A stretch of 63,328 bases of DNA, filler included, from Globobulimina sp. (taxonomy: Eukaryota): NCBI GenBank assembly GCA_003354225.1. It is 44 parts of 44 records of this genome, joined end to end, with 100 filler letters (N's around TTAATTAATTAA, not from the genome) between each part and the next. Parts side by side here need not be neighbours in the genome. Positions count along the whole stretch, not along the records: positions 11,538 to 12,879 come from PIVH01018314.1; positions 12,980 to 14,321 come from PIVH01018315.1; positions 14,422 to 15,763 come from PIVH01018316.1; positions 15,864 to 17,205 come from PIVH01018317.1; positions 17,306 to 18,647 come from PIVH01018318.1; positions 18,748 to 20,089 come from PIVH01018319.1; positions 20,190 to 21,531 come from PIVH01018320.1; positions 21,632 to 22,973 come from PIVH01018321.1; 36 more parts are not named here. One strand, 5' to 3'. Position 1 is the first letter of the stretch; every line of letters begins with the position of its first letter. The notes under the pieces were generated by a model. That model saw only the letters and a list, made by a program, of their open reading frames with translations. It had not been told where the DNA came from and did no database searches. Position numbers and translations under genes: made by a program. Shown in pieces: positions 12,580 through 24,515 of this stretch.

Positions 12580-12879
12580 GTAGCTAACGTTCAGAGAAAA
12601 ATTGTAGTAAACCAGTTCTGCAAGCCGGTATGGCTTGAATTCAACCGTTACCTGATGATCAATGGAATTGTCAACAAGCCGGTACCAGTGAAATGGTGCA
12701 TGCCAAGGCGCGAAATGATTGATCCAGTCAAAGAAACGGCAGCAATGCGAGACAATGTGAGAAGTGGTTTCCTGCCCTTGTCGGAAGCAATCCTCAATCT
12801 TGGCCTGGACCCAGATGAAACATTCGAACGATACAAAATGGACAATGAAATCATTGACAGTATTGGCCTTTCATTCGAT
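12580..12879 (+). CDS. Phage portal protein, lambda family, internal C-terminal fragment
   Basis: QFCKPVW..WCMPRREMIDPVKETAA..VRSGF..SEAI..LGLDPDE..GLSFD matches the lambda-type portal C-terminus; higher GC than the neighbouring DNA. Confidence 0.88.
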
Positions 12880-12979
12880 NNNNNNNNNNNNNNNNNNNNN
12901 NNNNNNNNNNNNNNNNNNNNNNNTTAATTAATTAANNNNNNNNNNNNNNNNNNNNNNNNNNNNNNNNNNNNNNNNNNNN

Positions 12980-14103
12980 AGAAGCCCAGACTGATAATTC
13001 ACCACAAATTAAACGAAAAATACTTCAAAGAATTGAACAACTAAAAATAATAAATGGTAAAGTATAACATCTTACAATTTAATATAAATGGGATGATAAG
13101 TCCGACAAAGATGTCCCAAGAAGATAAATGATGTAAACTGTACCAAATAATGCGCTCGAAACAAATTGATTTCTGTCTGATCCAAGAATGGAGCGCCTCT
13201 TTAAGATATGCAGTAAGTCCGACTAATCCGAAATATATGGATAAAAATGGCATGCCACATACTATCCAATTCCCCATTAAATTCTTTCCTAAATATAAAG
13301 TCCACTTTACTGGCACAGAAACAGCAATTCTGTACCGAGAAACTTTGATAATTACTCCTTTAGAATGTCCCCAAAATTATAATCACAATGAAAGAACAAA
13401 AAATTGCCATATATCCAGTATAATCCTCCATTGTGGTGACCAGGACATAGGCATCCACTCCTTATATAATTGTCCTAGAAATCCAAATATCGACCAACTA
13501 TTTAATTATCCATTAACTGTAGCCAAAAATGTAATTGCTGGCGATTTTAATGTCCATAATATGATTTGGGGCAGCAATAAATCCACCACTGAATCAAATG
13601 ACTTTGTAGATGGATTGAACTTCCTTGGAATGCAAATCTTGAATGTAAACAATCCATCTTACACTCACATTCATAAATCTTACCAAACCAAATCATCCAT
13701 TGACTTGACATTGATTTCTGATAAATTAAAATATACCAAATGGACCATCCTCCATTCGTTATATGACCCGCTATGTTCCGATCATATTCCCATTGCCACC
13801 ACTTTTGAAGTTGAGGACGTTTTTGGTTTCAGTGAGACGAAAAAAACCTGGAACCTCTCAAACCAGAAAAAGTGGATAAAATACACAGAAACATTAGAAA
13901 TAAATATAAATGAAACTACTTTTGACATAGACCCAAATATACATACCGAACAATTAACATATCTTATTCTATATACAGCAGAGCAGTCAATTGGATACAA
14001 ACACTATTACAGAGGTCACAAACCGTGGTGGAATAATAAAATAAAGAAACTCAAAAAACAGTGCAAGAGACTACGAAGAAGAATCCAGAGAATTATTCAT
14101 TGA
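12980..14103 (+). mobile_element. Non-LTR retrotransposon (LINE): end of ORF1 and APE endonuclease part of ORF2
   Basis: ORF2 starts at 13054 (MVKYNILQFNING), in-frame TGA at 13129, then LIQE, AGDFNVHNMIWGS, SSIDLTL, SDHIPI, KPWWN; upstream ORF stops at 13067, overlapping the ORF2 ATG by 14 nt. Confidence 0.92.
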
Positions 14104-14421
14104 CTTGTTGAGGGATGACTCGGCGGAAAGTTTAGTCAAGTCCAAAGCTGGTATCTTTTTTTCTTGGCTTTTTGTCGAAGTCGAATCAGAGGAGGTAGAA
14201 GAAACCGTAGCAGAAAAGAATTCATTACGCCCTGACATTACGAAAACATCGCTTGTATTTTTCATTGGATCATTGTTTCTGTTTTTCTGATTGAGATGAT
14301 TGAGACTTGAACCATCAATATNNNNNNNNNNNNNNNNNNNNNNNNNNNNNNNNNNNNNNNNNNNNTTAATTAATTAANNNNNNNNNNNNNNNNNNNNNNN
14401 NNNNNNNNNNNNNNNNNNNNN

Positions 14422-15385
14422 ATTGAACAGAAACCGCCTTCAATGATTTAGCCACATTATCAATTTTCTCTTTTGAATTAACGCAATAAATTAGCCCACA
14501 ACATAATATTTTATAACATTTGTCATAATTATCATCAAACATTAACAAACACACTGCATTTATCCAGACATCAACCATTGAGAAAGCGGGTGAATCAGTA
14601 ATACCAATTATCATCACAGCACAAAATGTACTCAATAAAGCAACACACGAAATTATTGTATATTTAACGATAATCGCCCTGAATTCTTTTGTTATTTTAA
14701 TATGTGATGCTGATACAACATTGCTTTCTAAATTAGCTATAGTGACTGTGCTAGAATTACGACCAATGATTTTTGTTAAAGGCCTAAGAAACATAAACAT
14801 GCAAATTCCAGTAAATATTACATCAAATGATACGAGGTAAAGAATAACATAAATATGTATTTCAGTCTGACACGTAAAGAAAGACTGATTAATAGGATGT
14901 GGCGTATAAATATACGTTTTGTTGCCGTTGACAAATAAATATCCGTTAACAGCGTTCATTAATGTGTATACAGTTATTATTGATAATAAACATCTAAGCA
15001 ACCTATCTGAATATGAATAAATTGAACCCGAAAATGCTAATTGTAATCGCAATACAAATACACAGTAAATACAGCCTTTACTCAATTGATATGATATAGT
15101 ACCAATACGAACAAAAGTATCACATGTCATTGGTGTGTTGTTATGGAAGTATTCACCAAATAACGAATCAATACGACTGAGAAATACATCTACACCGTAT
15201 ATAAAGTAAAAGAATAAGGCAGATAAAGTTACAAATGAGATTGTTCTTCGATTTTTTAATGAGATTAGTAGCTGTAACACGAATAATCCTGTTTGAATAA
15301 TGAACGTTAGTGTGCATATTACTGCATCAATCCAGAACCACTGATATGTTTCGACAAAGTGCATTTTCGTATACGTAGGAATCAA
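14422..15385 (-). CDS. Divergent 7TM / GPCR-like membrane protein
   Basis: Seven hydrophobic segments; Cys before TM3 and in the second extracellular loop; FVLRL after TM3; C-terminal CC. Confidence 0.75.
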
Positions 15386-15426
15386 ACAAAAAGTTTTAAC
15401 TTACAAAAAAACTTTATTTCTTTGTT

Positions 15427-15763
15427 ATGCTTTTAAATAATGCATACATGGATTTAGTTCATTCCATGGACAACATTCAAAGTGCAGATGAAGAAGATAC
15501 ACTCCCTCCTGGCTGGTTTCAATCAGTAACAAAGCATGGTCGCGTTTATTATGAAAACGAAAATACGGCAGAAACACAATTTGAAAGACCTGGACAAAGT
15601 GCATATACAACAGAAGATGATCTCACTGCCAGATCACCTCAACAATCAACCGCCAGTCGTGCAGATAATGTACCTATCCTTCCAGAAGCGGTACAGATGA
15701 GACCTCCAAATCAGGAAAATATACCTGACGATCTACCAACAGATCCATGGAATGCTGAGATCG
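15427..15763 (+). CDS. WW-domain protein, 3'-partial
   Basis: LPPGWFQSVTKHGRVYYENENTAETQFERP. Confidence 0.85.
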
Positions 15764-15863
15764 NNNNNNNNNNNNNNNNNNNNNNNNNNNNNNNNNNNNN
15801 NNNNNNNTTAATTAATTAANNNNNNNNNNNNNNNNNNNNNNNNNNNNNNNNNNNNNNNNNNNN

Positions 15864-17108
15864 TGTCCCGTCTGGGAACAGCTGAAAGTTTGGTGTCTTA
15901 ACCAAGGGCAAAAGAGAGATTCTGGGGACAAATACGCGGAATTGTCGTTTGCGTGGGACAATGATGTGTATGCGATTGAAGAGTCCGGCATTGATAGCTT
16001 TGAATTATTAGCATTAGCAAGAAATCAATTTATGAGTCGAATGGAGCAACTGCGCGAGAGCGGAAATCGCGCATTTTCGGCAGCATTAGGTAAAAAATTT
16101 AGATTTTGGATTGAACGAAGAAAGTACGATGCCCCAAACTCATATAAATATGTGTGTAACAACGCATATATCTCGACGAAGTTTAGGGATTCGAAGGTCA
16201 TTGAAGATGACGTGGCGTGTCGGGAGGCATTAGAAGTGATATCCGAAGGGTTTAAGGGGTATAAGATCACATGCGATCGTTTCGGGAAAGTCACACGAAA
16301 CATTAGCAATGGTTTATGCCTCACATCATCGAGCCCGATTGACATAAACTGGTTGAAGAAGAATGTACGCTCTCTGGCGGGACAGAGGGTGAATTGGACG
16401 GTGTTCAAAGATAAAAAGGATATGGAAAAGAGAGAGGTATGGACCAATGAGAAGAAATTGAAAATGTTTAAAGAGCGAGTAATCGAAGCTGGCACTGTAA
16501 GCGGCATAAAATGGTCGCTGACAGAGGAGGAATTAGATGAAGACATAAAGGAGGAATTACTGCGCCGTTATGACAATGATGAGAACGGAAACGTTTTCAT
16601 GAAATCGACGCAAGCGATGGTGGCCAAATTGAATGGCAACATTGAAGAGTTTAAGACGAAAATTGTTAATCAAATTCGCGAGATGCTGTACGATGAGAAT
16701 GACATTGATGCGAATAACGAAAGTGTGAATGTCCCAAACAATGCAGATTCGGAAATGAAGAATCAATGCCTGGCCGGGTCAGAGTCGTCTAGTGTTGTTA
16801 CAGGTGCACTATCCATCGAATCTAATGACTCATCACATTTTGACTTTGGCGCGGATAAATTTACAGAGCAGATGCGACAGACTCAAATTCACAAATTGCG
16901 AGATAAAATTGTCAAACAAGGTGGCAATGTCAGTTTGGAAGAAGCGCGAAGCATTTTAGAATACTGCCTATATAGCGACCACATTGTAGCCGAATTGTGT
17001 GGAAATAGTTCGATCAAAAAAGTCGACGGCAATCTTGTTCTGAAAGGCATTGAAAAGTTTGAAAAAGCGAAGAATTCACCAAGTCAATTCTCGTATGACG
17101 GGAACTAA
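15864..17108 (+). CDS. Unknown-family protein, 5'-partial; homologous to ORF 39174; candidate LINE ORF1
   Basis: Intronless frame open from the contig edge; aligns by eye to ORF 39174 over about 190 aa. Confidence 0.7.
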   Translation, partial: CPVWEQLKVWCLNQGQKRDSGDKYAELSFAWDNDVYAIEESGIDSFELLALARNQFMSRMEQLRESGNRAFSAALGKKFRFWIERRKYDAPNSYKYVCNNAYISTKFRDSKVIEDDVACREALEVISEGFKGYKITCDRFGKVTRNISNGLCLTSSSPIDINWLKKNVRSLAGQRVNWTVFKDKKDMEKREVWTNEKKLKMFKERVIEAGTVSGIKWSLTEEELDEDIKEELLRRYDNDENGNVFMKSTQAMVAKLNGNIEEFKTKIVNQIREMLYDENDIDANNESVNVPNNADSEMKNQCLAGSESSSVVTGALSIESNDSSHFDFGADKFTEQMRQTQIHKLRDKIVKQGGNVSLEEARSILEYCLYSDHIVAELCGNSSIKKVDGNLVLKGIEKFEKAKNSPSQFSYDGN

Positions 17109-17305
17109 GCGGCTGAGAGCAATCTCATCTTTAAAGACACTCTAAAATTACGATGGATTGCCCCAAGCCCCCAAATTGTAAAAAAAATCACTATTTTAGT
17201 GATGANNNNNNNNNNNNNNNNNNNNNNNNNNNNNNNNNNNNNNNNNNNNTTAATTAATTAANNNNNNNNNNNNNNNNNNNNNNNNNNNNNNNNNNNNNNN
17301 NNNNN

Positions 17306-17659
17306 TCAGTCAGGCACTATCCATTTGGTAAAGATATGAAAGGAAGATCCAAAAGCAACTACTTTGCATTAATGTGGATACCAACCAATCCACCAAATGG
17401 AATGAATGAAGAAGAAATATATAGTTTGATAAACGCAGTGAGAAACAGTAATTATTTCTGCAACAAACTAAATGAAGATTCTGTTTACATATCCGGCCCA
17501 GAATATGCTTCAATTGATGGTCACGAATTTGATTTGGATAATATCACTCAAACATGTCAAACTATTTTACGTCAAACTTTACCAAAGAAAATAGTTGATA
17601 TTGAAATCGCTGTTCATGAGCTTGCACGCGAGGTTTTGTGGCATATATTTTGTCTTTAA
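17306..17659 (+). CDS. Hypothetical protein C-terminus
   Basis: 107-aa ORF at contig start; no motif recognised. Confidence 0.35.
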   Translation, partial: SVRHYPFGKDMKGRSKSNYFALMWIPTNPPNGMNEEEIYSLINAVRNSNYFCNKLNEDSVYISGPEYASIDGHEFDLDNITQTCQTILRQTLPKKIVDIEIAVHELAREVLWHIFCL

Positions 17660-18000
17660 AAGTACAGAAACTTAATTTTACGTTTTCAGGCATTCTGCAG
17701 AGAAAATGAATTTGTACATATCGATCAAAAAAAGCAACAAAACAACATTCAATGCAGCAGCAACGTGTATTCTCCATTAATTGGATCCGTAAATGGCTCG
17801 CATCCATCCTCCGGCTTCATGTCTCCACTCAGAAATCGTGTCAATAAATATGTTAATGAGCCGAAGCAAGTTAATGCTCTCGGCGAGATATATCATGGTA
17901 AGTCAGCATTGTCCCTCGAAAATCCTGTATTTGCCATTGTGTGGTTTCATGTCAGAGATAGGTTTGTATGCAATATCAATATAGCAAATACTAGTAATAT

Positions 18001-18647
18001 GTGAGTTATTTGTACAGAGACCTTGGTGCCTCCCTTGGATCCAATGACCATGACAAAGATGATGAAGATGATGATGAAGAGGTGCATGTTGTAGTTGCTC
18101 CGCCTCCCATTGAGGGGGAATTGCCTGCGTTGTCTATTATGAAGTTGCTACATTTACAACCATATAATGCTGCTCGTGTCTATGTTGTGGAGATATTTGG
18201 CTATGATGATTGTTATGAGAATCTAGATTTAGAGCTGGATCGAAAAATAATGTTTTTGGATGCTTGTTTATTGTTTTTGCAATTTATGTTGTTGCCATTT
18301 GCAATTTTATGTCCTCCAATCAAAATAATTAGATGTTTGAAGCATGATTTTGAAAGAATTCCGAGATATCGACCTGTTCTTGTTTCCTGTTATAATATTC
18401 CTGAAAATATGAGAGAATTATTTGACCGCACTGAGAAAATTCCATATGATATTTGCCAATTATGGTGGCCATTGGTGAAGGGGAACAAATCACGGTCGTT
18501 GTTTGCTTGTGAATGGAAATTTAGATTTTTATCATTTTGTATCGCTTTTCCAATTTATGGAATTTCTATGATTGGGCCCATTATTTATATTCGATTGAGA
18601 GAAGATCATTTGAGTCAGTTATTGTTTTTCGATTGCTACGGACCATA
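18001..18647 (+). CDS. Hypothetical membrane protein, partial
   Basis: Long ORF with an acidic patch and two hydrophobic segments. Confidence 0.5.
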
Positions 18648-19120
18648 NNNNNNNNNNNNNNNNNNNNNNNNNNNNNNNNNNNNNNNNNNNNTTAATTAAT
18701 TAANNNNNNNNNNNNNNNNNNNNNNNNNNNNNNNNNNNNNNNNNNNNCCAACAAACACCATTGCAGATATTGGTACATATTACATTGAGTCTATTAAACA
18801 CTCCAAATTCAAATACAGATACAACATAAACATACAGTGGCCACATTGTATGCGCATTATGCAGCAATCACGCAATATTTTTCAAAACAAATTATCATCG
18901 AATCTGTGATATTTGCTATAAAAATGCAATTTTAATTGTTAAAACAAAAAACACTTCGAAATTTAAAACGAAAACAACATCTCTCACAAAACCAACAATC
19001 CGCGGCAATGAACGTAAATTAGCCATTGATTACCAAACAAATACATATCCAACACACGACACGCAGAGCTATCACATAAATAGACGCGACATTTTAGTCA
19101 AAGGTTTCCTACGCTTAAGA

Positions 19121-19786
19121 TTGGATATTTCGCTCCCATCGCATATGATAAATTTAATAATTTCCTGGGCGTTTACTAATGATATCTGGCAACAATATGC
19201 AACAACAAAACAACACATATTAATTTCGCAATGCTCACAATCCGCAGAACGAATATCCGATACAAATCAACATTGTTACTACTCCTTTGGCCGCCATATC
19301 GTCGCAAACAATCACTGCAAACAATGGTTGATACGCATTGACAAAATCGATTATTACACAAGTAATTATTGTTCGATGATGATTGGCATTGCAGAGCATA
19401 ATAAAATAAATTGGATTAAATCTTTATTGGGTGATTTTACGTATGGCGTTTATCGAGGATATGGTTTGCGAATTGCGGTGAAATCAAGGTTTGAACACAA
19501 ACATTTTTCACAAAATCTGTTGCTGGAAAAAGGTAGTTTGAGCAAAGGAGATATTATTAAAATCAGATTGGATTTGTCTGGCCATGAACAGGGTGAATAT
19601 GGTGCGTTGTATTATGTTTTTGAGGATAAATATGGGAAAGAAATTAAATATGGTTTGGATGATAAGTATGTATGGAATGAGGGAGGTATTGCGTTCCAGA
19701 AAATTGATAGGACTAAAAAATATGTGTTGGTGTTGGGTATGTATTGTAAGAATAAAGTGACATTTTTAGAGCAATGTAATGCGTGA
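19121..19786 (+). CDS. SPRY/B30.2-like beta-sandwich protein
   Basis: KQWLIRIDK, MMIGIA, GYGL, KGDIIKIRLDL, GIAFQKI..KYVLVLGM pattern. Confidence 0.65.
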   Translation: MDISLPSHMINLIISWAFTNDIWQQYATTKQHILISQCSQSAERISDTNQHCYYSFGRHIVANNHCKQWLIRIDKIDYYTSNYCSMMIGIAEHNKINWIKSLLGDFTYGVYRGYGLRIAVKSRFEHKHFSQNLLLEKGSLSKGDIIKIRLDLSGHEQGEYGALYYVFEDKYGKEIKYGLDDKYVWNEGGIAFQKIDRTKKYVLVLGMYCKNKVTFLEQCNA

Positions 19787-20490
19787 TTACGTAGTAATAA
19801 TTTATTTATTTAATACAGAAACACTTGAATTGTTAACGTGCATTATTTTTATTATCCCATTTCCCCTTTTTTTTCTTTTGCTTTTTTATTTTAAAATCAT
19901 TTGGTTGAGACTTATGTATATTATAAACATATCTCTTTGACTATTTGTCTTTTTTTTTCCTCTGTTTTTTTTTCTGTTTCAAGTATTTTTTTTGATTACT
20001 TTCCATGTTTGTGGTAGTGTTTATTTTTGTACAGCATTTGTAAGTTTTTTTCATGCTTTTAAGTATTAGTCATTAATCCTGTCAAGTCANNNNNNNNNNN
20101 NNNNNNNNNNNNNNNNNNNNNNNNNNNNNNNNNTTAATTAATTAANNNNNNNNNNNNNNNNNNNNNNNNNNNNNNNNNNNNNNNNNNNNATTATGCTGTT
20201 TTTCACAACTGTGTCCCGTTGGCTCGCTTTCATAATATTATAAAAATATTTATACAAAGTTTAAACACTCGATAATATTGTACAAAAAAAACAGATGAAA
20301 AAATAAAACTCCAACCAAATTTGTACATGTTTCTCAAATGCAACTAGCACCAAAAAAACATGTGCAATTACAAGAAAAAAAAAGAAGGTTTTGATATTAA
20401 TATTACAACGAAAATCACAATATAAAATATATAATACAACAACATTTTTGTATATTTTGTTCGTCTTAATTCTAAATTAAAAATCGACCA

Positions 20491-21531
20491 TTAATCGTCG
20501 AGACTCGCTGACTGAATGCAACTATGTCTGCCTCTAAAATTATTCTTCAACACATGCTTTGGCATCGGCTCAGAATGTGCAAACGCATACAATTTGGGCG
20601 GTGCTCTCGGTTTATTATTCTTTAACGACTCACTTAACTCAGCTTTGGTTGATTCATTATTTGTGCAAGAATGAAGAACCATAGTTATGGTGGAATGCGA
20701 CGCTCCGTTCTCTGCCGTATGTTGCGACAATGTGACCTCATCCGTAGTTTCCTTGGGTATTCTGGTCGCAACACAGCCAAATACTGCAATATATATATTA
20801 TCAAATTTGACATCAAATAAAACGATGGTCCACATGTTCAAAATTGAATCAATTTGTCCTGCCATTATACCTACAGACAAACAACGCAAATACGAAGCAA
20901 AATATATGTATTACACTGTACATATATGTACAAATTTAATTATATACCTAACGGCGTGAAAGTTACTATCAAGGTCGCAATCCACGACGACAATATATTT
21001 GCCGCTAATAAAATAGTAAATTTCCTCAACACATACTTAAACTCAGTGCTTTCAGCCCCATCAAACAGCGACATTTCCAACTTATTGAGAGCTTTCATTT
21101 TCCTCCAAAATAATATAAAACAGCCAATGGTACACCATTGGTCCACTAATTGTACATAAACAATCGCGAGCATATAATGGATGTCATACGCACAAAAACT
21201 CGCGTTTTCGTTTAGAAATACTTCCTTACCGCCAGTCGATACCAATAAAAGGGAGAGATTTTGAATGAAACATACGGTTAAAATAATGAAAATTGTTCGT
21301 AATGTTTTTGTAGAATATCCTAATGATTTTACTACGTCAACATTAAATATGAGATGAATGCGGGTCAAACTGAATAGCCATAAGCTGTATTTTGAAAATG
21401 AATAAGTGCTCACCACTGCGTATATGGCATATGTACAGGTTACTGCTTCATAGATCTCTTTGACAGCGGTTAATATAACAGCAGCGGTATAAGATAAAAT
21501 GCAGAAATAGGTGAACATTGTGACTATGTAC
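20491..21531 (-). CDS. Divergent 7TM / GPCR-like protein; intron 20871-20947
   Basis: A 77-nt GT-AG intron joins ORFs 20940..21518 and 20491..20889; TM pattern resembles ORF 14422..15385. Confidence 0.75.
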
Positions 21532-21939
21532 NNNNNNNNNNNNNNNNNNNNNNNNNNNNNNNNNNNNNNNNNNNNTTAATTAATTAANNNNNNNNNNNNN
21601 NNNNNNNNNNNNNNNNNNNNNNNNNNNNNNNACGTAATAACAATATCTTCAATGATACCAATGACAACATGAGTTTGCGTATATTTCGATCGAGAATATC
21701 CAGGTATATATGTTCTTATGTATTTTACAAGACAGCTCGAGAGTTTTTTATTAGTTTATATAGTTATTGAACATGGCAGAAGTTAGCTACGTGCATCAAG
21801 ACTACATAGAAGAAAAGCACTTACAATTCCATAAGAAAAAATCTCAACCAACAAACGCAATAGTTATGATATCATATATATTTCTAATTATATATGTGCT
21901 TAATTACAATCTAATTAGAATCGCGCATTAAATTATGAA

Positions 21940-22764
21940 ATGTCAGCACTGTTAGAAACTGAGGAAGAAGAATCAGTGATAGTATCATCAATATCAAATT
22001 CCATCAGGTCAACCGGTCACATTTTAATGGATAAATCAACATCATGTGCCATAACAAATTACTATCAAAGAATCGTGAATAATGAGAATACAACTTATGA
22101 CCAAAAAAAATTAAAAATATATTTGGATTTAGTGGTTGCGAGCAAAACAGTGTTAGGTAAAAAGAGAGAGAGAGACAGTGAATTTTTGTTAAATTATAAA
22201 ATTGGGAAAGACACAGAAACGATATGTTCCGTCTCGGGCTGTGCTTTGACAGTGGGTCGATATAAAGAGACGGATATTTGTGTTGGATATAAAGATTTAA
22301 CCATATCACGTATTCAATGCTTTATATTGATTATTGATTCTTATTTAATTATTCTTGATGGATGGTCATATTTTGGGACACAAATAATTCAAGTAAATGG
22401 AGAGAAAAATAATTTGCAACATTCAATGCCAAATAAACGATTTGTATTAATATTTAATAAAAATGATACAATTCATTTACGATTTGGTGAAAGCAATGTT
22501 GATTTAATAATTAATCCAAAAAAATGTGTAGTTTGCATGGATAAATCAAGAACAATTCGGAATGAATGTGGACATTTGATATTATGTGGTTGTTGCTATA
22601 AAAATATATTAGCGACAAGAAAATCTAAATCTGTATGTCCAATTTGTAGAGCTCCAATGAATCCAAATCTATGTAATGACAGCGGTGCACGTGGTGATTG
22701 TTTTAATTTTGATAATGTTGAAGACGATTTGATAAAATCATATTGTAAACCAACACATCTGTAA
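21940..22764 (+). CDS. FHA plus RING finger protein (E3 ligase-like)
   Basis: FHA-like LTVGR..ISRIQC..ILDGWSYFGT; RING CVVC..CGHLILCGCC..CPICR. Confidence 0.85.
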   Translation: MSALLETEEEESVIVSSISNSIRSTGHILMDKSTSCAITNYYQRIVNNENTTYDQKKLKIYLDLVVASKTVLGKKRERDSEFLLNYKIGKDTETICSVSGCALTVGRYKETDICVGYKDLTISRIQCFILIIDSYLIILDGWSYFGTQIIQVNGEKNNLQHSMPNKRFVLIFNKNDTIHLRFGESNVDLIINPKKCVVCMDKSRTIRNECGHLILCGCCYKNILATRKSKSVCPICRAPMNPNLCNDSGARGDCFNFDNVEDDLIKSYCKPTHL

Positions 22765-23073
22765 ATTACTAGTATTCATCATTTGTATATTATTTGTAAA
22801 CTAATATAGTTAACGTTGTTGGTGTTTGGTTTGTTATCTTAATTCAAAATTGTGTTAAAGTGTACATTTTTAGCTTGCATTCCTATTTGTTTTAATTTGT
22901 GTCTTTTTGAACTTTTTTGTTGTTGTTTTTTTTATGCTGAGTATTTGTATTCGTTCAAACATGTTGTTTTCCANNNNNNNNNNNNNNNNNNNNNNNNNNN
23001 NNNNNNNNNNNNNNNNNTTAATTAATTAANNNNNNNNNNNNNNNNNNNNNNNNNNNNNNNNNNNNNNNNNNNN

Positions 23074-23840
23074 GATGTCGATATCGGACTCATCATCGCT
23101 TGCATCATCTTCGTATTCTTCTTCTTCGTGATCCAATAAGTCACATACAAATATATTATTATTTGTCATCTCGTTCCATTCATTTATCTCAAATTCATCT
23201 GTACAGTGAATGGTGTATAGTAATTGCAGAGTACGCGCATTCGCAAACAACTAAATGCAGAGTACATACCAGCTATGAACTTATCAGACGGTGCGTACAG
23301 TTTGTTAAAAGGTGATAATTGTTGTAAAAAGGATAACAAATTGTTATTCAATGGGATTGCATCCAATACTTGGGATATGTGAGGTATTTGAGGCTTGGAT
23401 TGATTTTTGGAATGAATTTGTAAAAAGGTATTGATCCACATTAGCAATTTAAAGCAGGAGGCATCTTTTAATGATAATTCAATGGCATTGGATAAGTCGT
23501 TCCGCAGATGATTTATTGTTATTTTATTCGGATCAATATTTAATGAATTTAATTCTATTACGTTTTTTATTCTATGTTTAGACGATTTCGCTTCGTCTGT
23601 ACATGTCATAGCATCATCATATAAAACTAGCGAGTCATTGATTATTTTATTGTGGATTAAGTGGATGAATTTTTCAATTGTTTTCAATTCGTATTCTTCT
23701 TCTTTTGACAATGCATTTGATTTTTTCTTTGGATCCGATGATGTTAAAATGTTTGTTTGTCGCTTATTTTTTTCATATAATTGATGTGTGTTCATTATGA
23801 CTGCTAATTTCATTGCGTATAAGCCTTTAAAATATGACAT
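23074..23840 (-). CDS. Hypothetical protein exon(s)
   Basis: 218-aa ORF plus an acidic downstream frame; no family recognised. Confidence 0.4.
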
Positions 23841-24515
23841 ATTGCCTGATCCCAGTTCCTTATTAACTGTATTTTATATGATATTATGTAGAAATGATAT
23901 ATGATTATATGCTGTATACTAAACTGGCATGTTTTGGTGTATTAATGGCTAATTCAAGGAATTTTTGCTGCGATTGTTTGGCATCAAATAATATGTTTGA
24001 CAATTGAGTAAATGCATTTTCTTCTTTTGGTTTATCCATATTATTGTATAATTGTTGTGTTTTGAAATTTATTTTTCTTATTATACAGTTTGAAAGTTGT
24101 GAGCGGAATTCAACTTCTCACAATTCAATTTCATAAATTGTTTGAAACAATAATAATGGTCTCCACTCGTCGTGGAATGAACGACACTGCAAAGTGTGTA
24201 TGCAATCAACTGACTTAGAGCTTAGAGCTTAGAAAAAGTTTTTAAGTGTTTACAGTATCTTCTAGTTGAGATTGGATTTTCGAAAAGGACATTTCTTCAA
24301 AAAAAAACCAAGAATAATTATGATATTACAATGTCTTGACAACATGCCAAAGTTCATGACATTTGTAGCCCGTCATATGAAGGCGTGCTTCCATGTCATC
24401 TGCCCAGCAAATCCANNNNNNNNNNNNNNNNNNNNNNNNNNNNNNNNNNNNNNNNNNNNTTAATTAATTAANNNNNNNNNNNNNNNNNNNNNNNNNNNNN
24501 NNNNNNNNNNNNNNN

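Noticed and set aside
4169-13131. In-frame TGA codons in the MULE (4169) and LINE (13129) ORFs as a sign of stop-codon reassignment
   Set aside because: Both are in degraded transposons; conserved host genes use TGG for Trp, and VPS4, TRM10 and METTL1 end at TGA.
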